DNA of 64,000 bases from Haliotis rubra. Lineage: Eukaryota. Location of the stretch: the NCBI RefSeq assembly GCF_003918875.1, contig NW_025765669.1, positions 3,844,001-3,908,000 of the forward strand, read 5' to 3'. Below the pieces are notes generated by a model. That model was not told the DNA's origin, ran no database searches, and saw nothing but the letters and a program-made list of their open reading frames with translations. Positions 52,615 through 64,000 of the stretch are shown one piece after another (the first letter of the stretch is position 1; the number at the start of each line of letters is the position of its first letter). A program made the translations under genes and the position numbers.

Positions 52615-53367
52615 ACATATATATATATGTGATGTCAGCAAGTAGACCATGTGTATTCCTGAAATGTGATTGGTGCTGATGGTTCGGTATACACTATGTT
52701 CCTCTATTGTACATTGGACCTTTCGTGTAGAATGAGGCGAAGTGAGCATACCATTACACACACTGTAAACACAGATGTTATTGAATGAGGGGCGGTGGGG
52801 TAGCCTAGTGGTTAAAGCGTTCACTCGTCACGCCGAAGGCCCGGGTTCGATTCCCCACATGGGTACAATGTGTGAAGCCCATTTTCTGGTGTCCCCTACC
52901 GTGATGTTGCTGGAATATTGCTAAAAATTCTAATGTGGTTCAGTGACTGGAGAGACAGACCAACACTACCCTTCTAGGAAGCATAACGTCTTCAACAATG
53001 AAGCCTGTTCTGGTCTGCAGTGTAACAAGGGCAGATAACTCTAATCATCTTAAACTTAGCAAAGAACCTTGTATAAATCTCCACTCCACCTGTTTGCTTT
53101 AGTTCAAATCCTGCCATAAAGCAATTGATAATTTTTACTATTTCAATCATTTGCTGCCACAGACAATTAATGCAAGTATATTAGAGTAAACTACTTACAT
53201 ATATAACAACATTGATTATAGGAAACATACATTGTATATATTCTATTGGAATCAGAAACTGTACTTATATTTTTTGTACCTTAAAGACAGTATTCCCCAT
53301 ATGAGAAGATCAGTTTTAATTTTTAAAGATGCTTCCTGATTAAATTTATAACATTTTTATGTTCCAG

Positions 53368-53776
53368 TGATGGAGGCAAGTGTAGCCGATTCTTCACTAG
53401 TGTGCCGCTAACAAAAACTACTCGGCAGTGGGTGGGAGTATACCTTGTTATTGTTGAAATCATTGCATTTGTCATCAGCGGCCTCGCATCAGTGGGACTC
53501 TTCATGTACATCCAGAGGTACGGGACCAGAAACATAAGGATGAGGCGGATATGTGCTGGGTCTCCAAGAACGAGATAAACATGAAACCAGTAAACACTGC
53601 AGAATCCTCACAAATTAGTCTGGATTTCCAGAACTTTACGCCATTGATGTCACCTAATAATCGGTTAAGTCTGAATACTTTTGGGTCCTTGAAAAGGAAG
53701 ATGACTGTAAATGAGAGGCAAGCACACTGAAACGACGAATTCCATGTGGACCAACTTGTCTGTGAATGAATTATAG
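53368..53776 (+). pseudogene. Frameshifted second copy of the Sema5 terminal exon within tandem duplicate 52928-54092 (of 51773-52926); possibly an assembly artefact
   Basis: Aligns by eye to 52211-52614 with many 1-3 nt indels; stop after about 14 codons. Confidence 0.8.
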
Positions 53777-53949
53777 ACATATATATATATGTGATGTCAG
53801 CAAGTAGACCATGTGTATTCCTGAAATGTGATTGGTGCTGATGGTTCGGTATACACTATGTTCCTCTATTGTACATTGGACCTTTCGTGTAGAATGAGGC
53901 GAAGTGAGCATACCATTACACACACTGTAAACACAGATGTTATTGAATG

Positions 53950-54123
53950 AGGGGCGGTGGGGTAGCCTAGTGGTTAAAGCGTTCACTCGTCGCGTCACGA
54001 CGAAGGCCCGGGTTCGATTCCCCACATGGGTACAATGTGTGAAGCCCATTTTCTGGTGTCCCCCGCCGTGATGTTGCTGGAATATTGCTAAAAGCAGCGT
54101 AAAACATAACTCAGTCAGTCAGT
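53950..54123 (+). mobile_element. SINE family A in the 3' UTR (truncated twin at 52789-52926)
   Basis: Consensus match; (AGTC)n tail. Confidence 0.88.
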
Positions 54124-55405
54124 AATACAGAAGTTGTTCATCGTTGTCCTTCTTTGTGTAAAATTTGTAATCTGAGAGCTCATTGGGTTGTACACACTGC
54201 TTTCCTGTTGGCTTAAATCAGAACTTCATTTGTCGGTTTAAACTATAGACTATGTGCATATTGACCTAATGCATTCATGGGTGATGGAGGCAGATAGTGC
54301 ATACAATCCTGTAAGTATTGACAATGGCGAATACCAAACAATAATATATGCTGACGGTTTAAGCAAACAGCTACAATCGTTTGTTCCTGTGACAGTGACT
54401 ATTAGATGAAGCGTATGATCGGTGTTTTGTATTAAGAAGGATATTGTTTTTTATTCTTCTCACTAAATAAACTGTTTACTAATTTGTATGTTTACAGTGA
54501 AGGTGCACTCCTCACTCCAGTTGGGTACTAGTTGCTTATAGTTTCCAAAACTAATATTAATATATTTATTAATATCATTCACCACAGACATAAACATTTT
54601 ATGTTATCTTAAATGTTTAGATTTGTAATCAAAGCAAATTAATATTGTTTGCATCTTTCAAAGTGGGTAGTTGGAAGGGGAAGTATTTTAACACATTGAC
54701 AATGGGATGCTGAAATGTTATTGATTACCCATAGGGTTATAAATAATCTCAAAAAGTTCATAAAACTCGAATTTGCACTAGTGCACACATCCTTGGTAAT
54801 CTCCAGGGTATACGTTCCGGAGATTTATCAGAACGTGTAACCTGGAGATTATCAAGTATGTAGTGCACATCACTTCACAAACACCAGTGTAATATATATG
54901 TCATCTGGATGGAAATGTTGACGTCATTCAAGTCTTACTGTGACATAAGGTCAGAATGATGTCACAATGAAAACAATGTTGTACCTCTGGCAATTGTGGT
55001 TTTCTGACAAGGTGGTTGTGATCAGTACTTTCTTCCAAAGGGGAGCTCAAAAGGGTTACTGATAGATATAATTGGTTATATACAATTATTACACTTACAT
55101 GTGTCATTCAGATTTTACAAAACTTGCGTAATAATTATTCATTATTACGTTTGCCGATTGGGAAATACAAGAAGTAAATGTTATCAGCATGACACACAGT
55201 CAAATAATAATCTTGATGTATGATGCGAAATATTTATGCTTTAAATATTCACATGTAATATTTTGTTGTTATCAGATTACTTTGTTTTCTGATTTTCTTA
55301 CAGGACTAATGTCCAAATGTGCAATAGTAACTCCAGCTAAATTATGAAATATAATTTATATGTTTAAAGCTTGCTTACCCCTATGAAGCAGATGAGTAAT
55401 ACAAT

Positions 55406-55949
55406 GGGACTAGATTTTCAAAGTTCTCTTAGCGTTAAGATAGTCTGAGTTAATGTTAATGTATGGCACTTACAACCATCTTACCACTAGTGGTGTTCCG
55501 ATTAATTGAAATAATCGAAGATTGGTTGCAGTGACCAAACGACTAAGCAATCGATCACATTTTCTCATAATCGAACATAAACGATTTTTGAACTACTTTT
55601 GTAGTCTTTGAAATACTTGACAATGGAACATATTGTTGAAGTTGTCAGGGCCTGAAAACGTGTTTAATTCTTAGAAAACTCACTTCACTAACTGAAAAGC
55701 CATGACTGAATATTTCTTGAAGACTGCAGGAAGTTTATGTTCATGATATATAAGTCATCACTTTAAAGTAGCAAGTTGCATCTTGTTATACTTATCTGCA
55801 ATAACAACCTGGATAGGAAAATCTGAAAAATGACACTAACCAATTTTTTTCGATGATTGTTCGTTGGTAATGAAGCAATCATCAATTGTGAGATTTCAAC
55901 CAATTCCCAACACTACTTACCACTAAGAGACCTTTGAAAATCTAGACCC
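55406..55949. mobile_element. Palindromic MITE split by a nested hAT-like MITE (55488-55915, 8-bp TSD CTTACCAC)
   Basis: Outer ends match the intact copy at 55963; cttaccac at 55480-55487 and 55916-55923. Confidence 0.75.
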
Positions 55950-55962
55950 AGAACAATACCTG

Positions 55963-56068
55963 GGCCTAGATTTTCGAAGCTCTCTTAGCACTAAGATAGT
56001 CGTAAGTGCCATACATCAATATAAATTTAGGACTATCTTAGCGCTAAGAGAGTTTGAAAATCTAGGCC
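55963..56068. mobile_element. 106-bp palindromic MITE (Harbinger/Tourist-like), TSD CTG
   Basis: ggcctagattttcgaa...ttgaaaatctaggcc flanked by ctg. Confidence 0.8.
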
Positions 56069-58604
56069 CTGGTTTCCAAGTGTATCTTAAGTATTTACTG
56101 TATGCTGTATTTATTGAATTTCTATTTATATCTTTCATGTTTTGTAAATCGATTGTTCATAGACATGTATGGTCAGACTGGTTGCTCCTCAGCTATGTAT
56201 ACTACCCAAAACAAGTAAAGAGCACCCTATTATTTCATGGTATGTGGGTATGGGTGGTTGGTTTTGCAACAGGTTTTCACTTGTGAATACTTATTTTGAG
56301 TAGTATATATGCTTCATACATCATGTGTCAAATGATCTCCTCATTAATATCACTTATATATTCATGTCTTCTATGGGGCCCTCCTTGTAATATTCTATTA
56401 TTGTTTTCTGCTTCAATGTGTTTCTTGGATTATTTTTTTTCACAACACATTTTGTTCAGGACATGTCCTGCTTTCAAATAGTATTATTACACCTGAAGCA
56501 AGTTATGTTTTTCAGTATTTGTTGAACTAAATTTTTGTACAGAACACTCTCTGGTCTACTCCCTGAGAATATTAACTAGTTTTCCCCTAAATGTGTAAAA
56601 CAAGTCATTCAGACATACGCCTATGCCATTTCATGACTAAACAATATTCCAAGATAAGGTTTTAGATTCTGAGGCAAGCTCTTGATATCTTGTACCATTA
56701 TACAGATATAGGAATACTGTATGTGCAAGTCATGAAGTAGATACGATGAAATTTGAGATTGTGATAACTTTTTATCTGCTATGTGACTGCATGTCTTTCA
56801 CCAAAGTCTTAGAGTTGGTCTCTCCTCCCCACTATCTTACTATTCAAAGCCATGTCCAGCTCATCTCACAAACGGCATTGATTTGCAAGACATTACCAGA
56901 AGTCCTGAGATCTAAAGACATCAGCATCAGTTTGTCATCACATGGGATAGCCCAGGAGTTGGAGAGTTATGTCCCTTAGCCATGCTAGGATCTGCTGAAC
57001 ATGGGTTTGAATCCCAGGTTCACATGATGCAATCCTTGATTTCTTTGCACCATACCCATGGTAGTATCTTTCACTGAAGTAACAAATGTTGATTACCTTT
57101 GTGCCTTCCGACTTCCCATACGACTGAAATACTGTTAATATCGCAGTGTTTAACACACCCAAACCAATTGGTGTCCATGTCAAACGACAAAAAGATAACC
57201 CTTTGCAAAGGATGTTAAGTGTGACCATTTCACGAGTTTATTTTTGTGTACAATGTGCCGTCTTCTCAAAGACATTTTGTGGCAAGTGAAAAGCTTTCTG
57301 AATCTTTATGATGCATGTTAAAATGATAACTTGTTACATGTCAGATATAAGTAGAAGAAAATCAAAACCAATGTTTTTGAAATTGTCGAAATTTTCTGTT
57401 TGATCTCGTCAAACTTTTCGCTACTGTACAGGGCAACCATAACAAGTTTCCAGGCATCGTAGTGTGACTTAAATTTTCTAAAACTGTCAGATTGCGGCAA
57501 AGTGTATTGTTGCAGAACCCAGCCTGTTGGATTTATCTGATAGAAGTGTGCACTTATGTTGGATGTACATGAATACTACAATGTATTTTGTTCAACAAAT
57601 GATTAAGATCTATTTTTCCACAGTTGACACTCAGGACATTTATCATACTCATTCATTGGTCGATCTTCAAAATGTGTTCAATACTAGATAAGCGGATCGT
57701 GAATATTGATTAGTCAGCAATATTCAACAGTATAAGTAATCAGGGCTCTCCCAGGGAAACCTGTCTAAATACTTCAATGTTTTCTTTTTACAGTTTTACA
57801 AAAGCGATTGTAGTGCTACACAACTAAGGTGGTAACTACTATAATATACATATCACGACAGTTGTAGTGCTACAATTGGATTTGCTTAGCGAAAAACTTG
57901 TGCCGAAGAATTTTCAACCCTTTGTTAGCTTTTTACATTTTCAACTCCTCTGCAACCAGAAGGTTTAATCTAAAGCGGACAAGTAACTGATAAGCACAGA
58001 AAACTGGAAGATATTCACATAATTACTATGTCAAGTATTACAGTGATGTTGATTGAGACTTCTATGAATATTTTGTTCTACTCTGATAATCAAATGTTTT
58101 ATAATCAGTTTTACTTTGAAGTTGTAGTGCTACAAACGTAATTGCTTTGTGAAACAATCCTAAACGTAAATGTTATCAATTCATCTAAGCTCTTACATTT
58201 TCAACTCCTCAGAAAGGCTTCATCTGAAACTGAATGGAAATGACGATGTCGATCATTGCAGCAATGTTGCATGCGACTTTTGTAAATATTTTGCTCTACT
58301 CAGAAGGTAATGGTTGTATCAGTTAATAAATGGCAGTTATACTTTGAAGCAGTTTGGCTGACAGTTTGCCATTACCAATGACGGTGTCGGCAAGTCATGA
58401 CTGCAAGTGTTTGTTCATGAAACCCCTGCAGTCTATCTCTGAAGACATGTTGAGGATCATCTTCAGAACAGTGGCAGCTGGTATTTATGTTATTACTGAT
58501 CATTTGTAGTGTCTGTATAATTAACTATTAGCTACTGTCTACCATATGATGTACATCTAATACTTTGTAATTATTGAATGTGATACAAGTCGTGTATTTT
58601 CTAC

Positions 58605-58610
58605 AATAAA
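58605..58610 (+). promoter_or_regulatory. Candidate poly(A) signal of a long Sema5 3' UTR (alternatives at 54466 and 58325)
   Basis: AATAAA with upstream TGTA motifs and downstream GT-rich sequence; no transcript evidence. Confidence 0.3.
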
Positions 58611-58664
58611 TCTATGTGAACATGTTTGTTACTGTAACTTGTACATGACATACAGATGTATGAA

Positions 58665-58841
58665 GACTCATGAAGATCTGGCTTAGAATTGATCTTCAGC
58701 AACCCACGCTTGTCGTAAGAGGCGACTAATGACATCAGATGCTCTGGCTTGCCGGTAGACACATGTCATGTATTATCCCAATTGCATAGATTGATGCTCA
58801 TGCTTCTGATGGCTGAATTGTCTGCCCAGACTCGATTATTG
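58665..58841 (+). mobile_element. SINE-like family B, 3' truncated
   Basis: Matches 14065 copy. Confidence 0.75.
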
Positions 58842-59500
58842 GCCTAGCGAGCCTTGAAATTGCTGCAGCTAAGCAAAATGTAATTTTAGAGCAAAAATTG
58901 ATATTTTATACTCATCCTGACTCATGCTCTCTTTTGCTTGTCTTCTTCTTCTTGCGAACATAGTGGAACACTTTGTATCTCCTTGTTGAAGCTCCCTTCA
59001 AAATAAAATCACTAATTGGTACTCACCGCCAGTTTATGTCCCCTTTGTCTCCCCTGGGCGGAAAAAGGTAACCATACCCTCTGGCCATGTGCTCCACTCT
59101 CTCCTGATTTAGCGAGCCCAACACTTGAATTTACAGGAAATCCAAAGTGTTATGTGGGGGAGGATGGGAGGGCTAACCTCATGAGGTCAGGATAAGTATA
59201 AATATCAATTTTACTCTAAAAATTACATATTTTCCTTATCCTGACTCATGCTCTTCTGTTTGTAGCATCCCAATGAGCGAGGAGGTGGGTAACATGAATA
59301 CTTTGGATTTATAATTAGTGATTTTGTATAGATATACTGTAACTTGTGGCTGTGTGGGAGATGTTGAAACAAGAGCGTTTCAATTGGAACTGTGTGTAGG
59401 TAGTGAGGGATTTGGGTTTGAGCCAATCGTGATGTGAAGCTACCACCACAATCTAACTCACCCAGTATATCCTTGCGTCATGGCCTGAATGATTTTGCAG

Positions 59501-59653
59501 ATACACAACCCATGGTAGGAGACTGGTCAGCCTGGACTGAGTGTTCCCCCAACAGCGTCCAGTACCGGCACCGCATCTGTGATCAGGTCCAGCTGGGTCT
59601 AGACTGCAGCAAAGATGTCATACAGCTCCAGCACTGTACATACAAGATACATG
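59501..59653 (+). other. Duplicated, open copy of TSP1-7 exon (segmental duplicate 59338 onward of 50697 onward)
   Basis: 3 substitutions versus 50860-51012 (TCT>TCC, D>V, Q>K); splice sites intact. Confidence 0.85.
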
Positions 59654-60318
59654 GTTAGTGGTCAGCATATATCATGATGAGATGATTACCAAACTGAATG
59701 GCACTGGGGTGGCCTAGTGGCTAAAGCGGTCACTCGTTACACCGAAAACCCAGGTTCAATTCCCCACATTGGTACAATGTGTGAAGCCCACTTCTGGTGT
59801 CCTCTGCAGTGGTATTCCTGAAATATTGCTAAAAGTAACTTAAAACTATACTCACTCACTCACTCATCCTGAAATGTAGAGACTAAACCATAAATCAGTT
59901 CACACAGAGCTAATTGTAAAAAAAATACACAACCATAGAATATCAGTGGATTTACGTTCAAAAAGGCAATACAATAGGTCAAATATGTGGTAAGTCTTCA
60001 GTCCAGTATAGTGGCAGTTGGGTAGCCTAGTGGTTAAAACGTTCTCTCGTCACGCCGAAGACCCGGGTTCGAATCCCCACATGGGTACAATGTGTGAAGC
60101 CCATTTCTGGTGTCCCTGCCGTGATATTGCTGGAATATTGCTAAAAGCGGCTTACTCACTCACTCACTCACAGTCCAGTATAGTGTGGGAAGCCTGCAAG
60201 ACTTCAGTGTTTCTAAATATAGGTTCTCAAACCTGACTTTCCAAACAGATTATTTAGCCAGGCACAAAAAGGCCTTGAATCGCTATCTTGTCCCTGTTAC
60301 ATACAGCCACCTAGACAA

Positions 60319-63145
60319 TAGCTAAGATACATAGCGTTCACTGACATGAACGCTATGCAGCACCTCCATAGGCCGCAATGGTGGAAATCCTTTGTCGCTC
60401 TTTCGCGCACTCGTTACGATTTTTTCGCATACGAAAAACTTATATGAATTGCCGTTGTACTTATACCTACGTCGCCCTATTTTCGTTATTAAAATATCCA
60501 AAAATATATATTTACAAGCCATCAAACATCTCAGTTGATCGCTCACATATGGCGGGGACATTTTGAATCCGTGACCTGTGGCGATGGAATTATCACTCCC
60601 AAAAATAGTAACACCGTGTTCCATACCTCGTTGCTTGTTTACAACACATTTTTCATACATTTTAGGCAATTAAAGCGATTGTATGGAGATTTTCGTTTCC
60701 AATCTAGACTGACTGACCACCCCTGCTCTTTCAACAGCTGTTTTCAAAGGAATTGCTGGTGAGTTTTCAATGCTTCATATAATATAAGATAATTGCTGTC
60801 ACCTTCACAGTTTCATGGATGTCTCTGTACTACTCATGAATATTTGCCTACAAAACACAGTTTACTAATAAGACTTATTAGAATTTAGGAATTAAATAAT
60901 TAACGAGTTCACGAATCAATTATCTATAAATTTCATTTGTACCATATAACCTTAAATATTTCTCATTTCACATTTCTCCTATCTTCATCATCATATTTAT
61001 TTCCTCCTTGGATAGGAGATTAGATGTTGATTTCATCAAGGGATAGTGTTTTTCATCATGAATTATTAACAAATACTAAAACAAGGGATACATCTAGAAA
61101 GCAATTGTTAAAGGGAAGGATCATTCAAATTACAGCACAAAGCCAAATGCAAATTATTAAAAATCGCTCCAGCCGATCCGTCCATGCACATTCGTCTTTT
61201 CGAGACAGATCTTCAGAACCGTTCACTATTTCTTCACCAAACTTGGCATAGATAGATCTGGTGGTGTACTGGTGTCTTTTGGTAGTTTGGGATTTCTGTA
61301 TAAACTATTTTTTGTGTGTTTCCATGGCAACAATTTAGACTTTGACTGAAATTGGTGGTAGTGTTCTTTTCAGGAGCAGAACTGTAAAAACCGTTCAATA
61401 TTTTTCACCACAAATTGGTATATATATCAATCAGAACCTTAAGTGGTGCCATGGCTATTTGCAGATTTTTTGACATTTTGTATTTTTCTCGGTTCCATGG
61501 AAACGATTTGGACTTAGTCTCAAAAAGTATGGGTGGGCTTCTTTTCCGGAGCAAAAATCGAAAACCTTTCATTTTCTTTCAACAAAACGTAGCAGATATA
61601 TGAGACAGATCTTGAAGTGGTGCCTTATGTTATTTCAAAGTTTTAGTATTTATATTTTTCATGATTTCCATGGAAACATTTTGGACTAAGTAAAACAAAA
61701 TCAAGTTGGACTATCAGTAACTGTCAGATGATTTGTTCTTTCAAATTTCCAGAGCCTGGGGGGATTTGTCATCTTTTGATGACTCTTGTTTTGATAAGTT
61801 ATAGCAGTTAGTTTCACACAAAAATAGACATGTCGTCAAACGCTAAGCTGTAACTATATCTCTTCCATCACTTTGTTTTTGTCTTGAACTTGCCCTTTCA
61901 ATGGGCACAGACAGTGTCATCCATGGTTTCTTCTCTCAACTTTCAACCTTTAATACCAGTAAATAAAGTACATATCAATGTTAATTATTAATTATCACTT
62001 TAATTTAACATGAGTTTAAACTTATACCTTCAAAAGAATAAACTTCATGCACAATTTCATATCATTGTTAATGTTCTCAATAAACATAATTGCACCTTGA
62101 AAAGCAGACTTTCTAAACTAACACTTCATTGATAATTTGAAAAACCTGCTATTTTTGCTGTCAAAGATAAGAGGTACTGTAATGTTTGCAAATGAATTTT
62201 CTTCAGTTGACCCTACTTGAATAAAAGCCTTCTGTCAGTGGTGTATGCACAAGAGTTTAAGTATGATATTTGGCATTGTGCTGTAATTTGAATGATCCCC
62301 TCATTCAACAATTGATTTATTGGTGTATCCCCTTATTTTAGTATTTGTTTATAATTCATGATGACTAATAACACTTTTTGGCCACTTGGTTGCTAATATG
62401 GGAATGAAAAGATGATTTTGGCAAGGTTTGTAGCTGGTGCTTGAGACCTAATACAACATGGAAATATTTAAAATATTATTCAAGGTAGGAGAGTGTTGAA
62501 CTGAGAAATATTTAAGGTTTTTGGGTATACATGAAATTGATAGATAATTATTTCGTGAACTCATTGATTTATTAAGTCCTAAATTCAATGAGTAAACTGT
62601 GTTTTGTAGGCAAATATTCATGAATAGTACAGAGACATCCATGAAACTGTGAAGGTGACAGCAATAATCTTATATTATATGAAGCATTGAAAACTCACCA
62701 GCAATTCCTTTGAAAACAGCTGTTGAAAGAGCAGGGGTGGTCAGTCAGTCTAGATTGGAAACGAAAATCTCCATACAATCGTTTTAATTGCCTAAAATGA
62801 ATGAAAATGTGTTGTAAACAAGCAACGAGGTATGGAACACGTGTGTTACTATTTTTGGGAGTGATACCCCCATCGCGTCACAGGTCACGTGATTCAAAAT
62901 GTCCCCGCTCATATGTGAGCGATCAACTGAGATGTTTGATGGCTTGTAAATATATATTTTTGGATATTTTGATAACGAAAATAGGGCGCACGTGTAGGTA
63001 TAAGTACAACGAAGTAATTCATATAAGTTTTTCGTGCGCAAAAATCGTAACGAGTGCGCGAAAGTGCGACAAAGGATTTCCACCATTGCGGCCTATGGAG
63101 GTGCTGCATAGCGTTCATGTCAGTGAACGCTATGTATCTTAGCTA
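60319..63145. mobile_element. Non-autonomous long-TIR (Mutator/Foldback-like) element, 2827 bp, 9-bp TSD CCTAGACAA
   Basis: Termini TAGCTAAGATACATAGCG...CGCTATGTATCTTAGCTA; arms ~60319-61148 and ~62268-63145; TSD 60310-60318 and 63146-63154; absent from the paralogous site at 51670. Confidence 0.9.
61170..61790 (+). mobile_element. Helentron/HINE-like non-autonomous element nested in the long-TIR element
   Basis: Three ~172-bp core repeats (aaccgttca...tt...caaa) and a 3' hairpin gtcatc-tttt-gatgac. Confidence 0.5.
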
Positions 63146-63682
63146 CCTAGACAAACACTTTGTCTCTGAACATATAAATTTTGATAGAAAAAATTCCTTC
63201 TAAATTAAATTAGACGGGAGATTCAGAGGAAATCTGGACTTGGTTCTAATGTGGTTCAGAGACTGTGAGACAGACTAACAGCTTCCCTTCTAGGAAGCAT
63301 AACGTCTTAAACAATCAAGCCTGCTCTGGTCATGTAACAAGGGCAGATAACTCTAATCATCTAAACATAGCAAAAGAACCTTGTATAAATCTCCACTCCA
63401 CCTGTTTACTTCAGTTCAAATCCTGCCATAAAAGCAATTGATAATTTTTACTATTTCAATCATTTGCTACCACAGACAATTAATGCAAGTATATTAGAGT
63501 AAACTACTTACATATATAACAACATTGATTATAGGAAACATACATTGTATATATTCTATTGGAATCCAGAAACTGTACTTATATTTTGTACCTTAAAGAC
63601 ATGTATTCCCCATATGAGAAGATCAATTTTAATTTTTAAAGATGCCTCCTGATTAAATTTATAACATTTTTTTATGTTCCAG

Positions 63683-64000
63683 TGATGGAGGCAAGTGTCG
63701 GTGCTAGTGTTGCCGCCAACAAAAACTACTCTCGACGAGTGGGTGGGGTATACCTTGTTATTGTTGCAATCATTGCATTTGTCATCGGCGGCCTGGCATC
63801 AGTGGGACTCTTCATGTACATCCAGAGGTACCGGGACCAGAAACATAAGGATGAGGCGGAAGTATGCTGGGTCTCCAAGAGCGAGATAAACATGAAACCA
63901 GTAAACACTGCAGAATCCTCACAAATTAGTCTGGATTTCCAGAACTTGACGCCATTGATGTCACCTAATAATCGGTTAAGTCTGAATACTTTTGGGTCCT
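63683..64000 (+). other. Duplicated, open copy of TM/cytoplasmic exon, running off the window end
   Basis: 2 substitutions versus 52211 onward (N>S, A>T); acceptor intact. Confidence 0.85.

Noticed and set aside
60322-63142. Paired 100-115 aa ORFs at both ends of the long-TIR element
   Set aside because: Mirror translations of the inverted arms, with frame differences between arms and no domain motifs.

Overview
AT-rich animal genomic DNA. The SINE repertoire suggests a gastropod such as abalone, but that is inference only. The window is dominated by one intron-rich + strand gene, a class-5 semaphorin. I reconstructed 19 GT-AG exons (13863-52614, about 1040 codons) with consistent phases, encoding Sema domain, PSI, seven TSP1 repeats (one phase-1/phase-1 exon each), a TM helix and a cytoplasmic tail. 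The signal-peptide exon was not found, and exon 16902-17110 carries a +1 frameshift. The most striking structure: the three longest, most homogeneous tandem arrays are each built from a working splice junction of this gene (96-bp x18 acceptor array, 71-bp x12 acceptor array, 53-bp x13 donor array), with the authentic site always at the exon-proximal end. The 3' end of the gene is present three times: the original, an indel-riddled tandem copy of the last exon, and a downstream open copy of the last two exons interrupted by a 2.8-kb long-TIR element. Introns also hold four SINE families, an apparent SINE 3' transduction, a tandem array of tRNA-like Pol III heads, a decayed Harbinger transposon and several MITEs. 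There are no prokaryotic features, CRISPR arrays or true tRNA genes.
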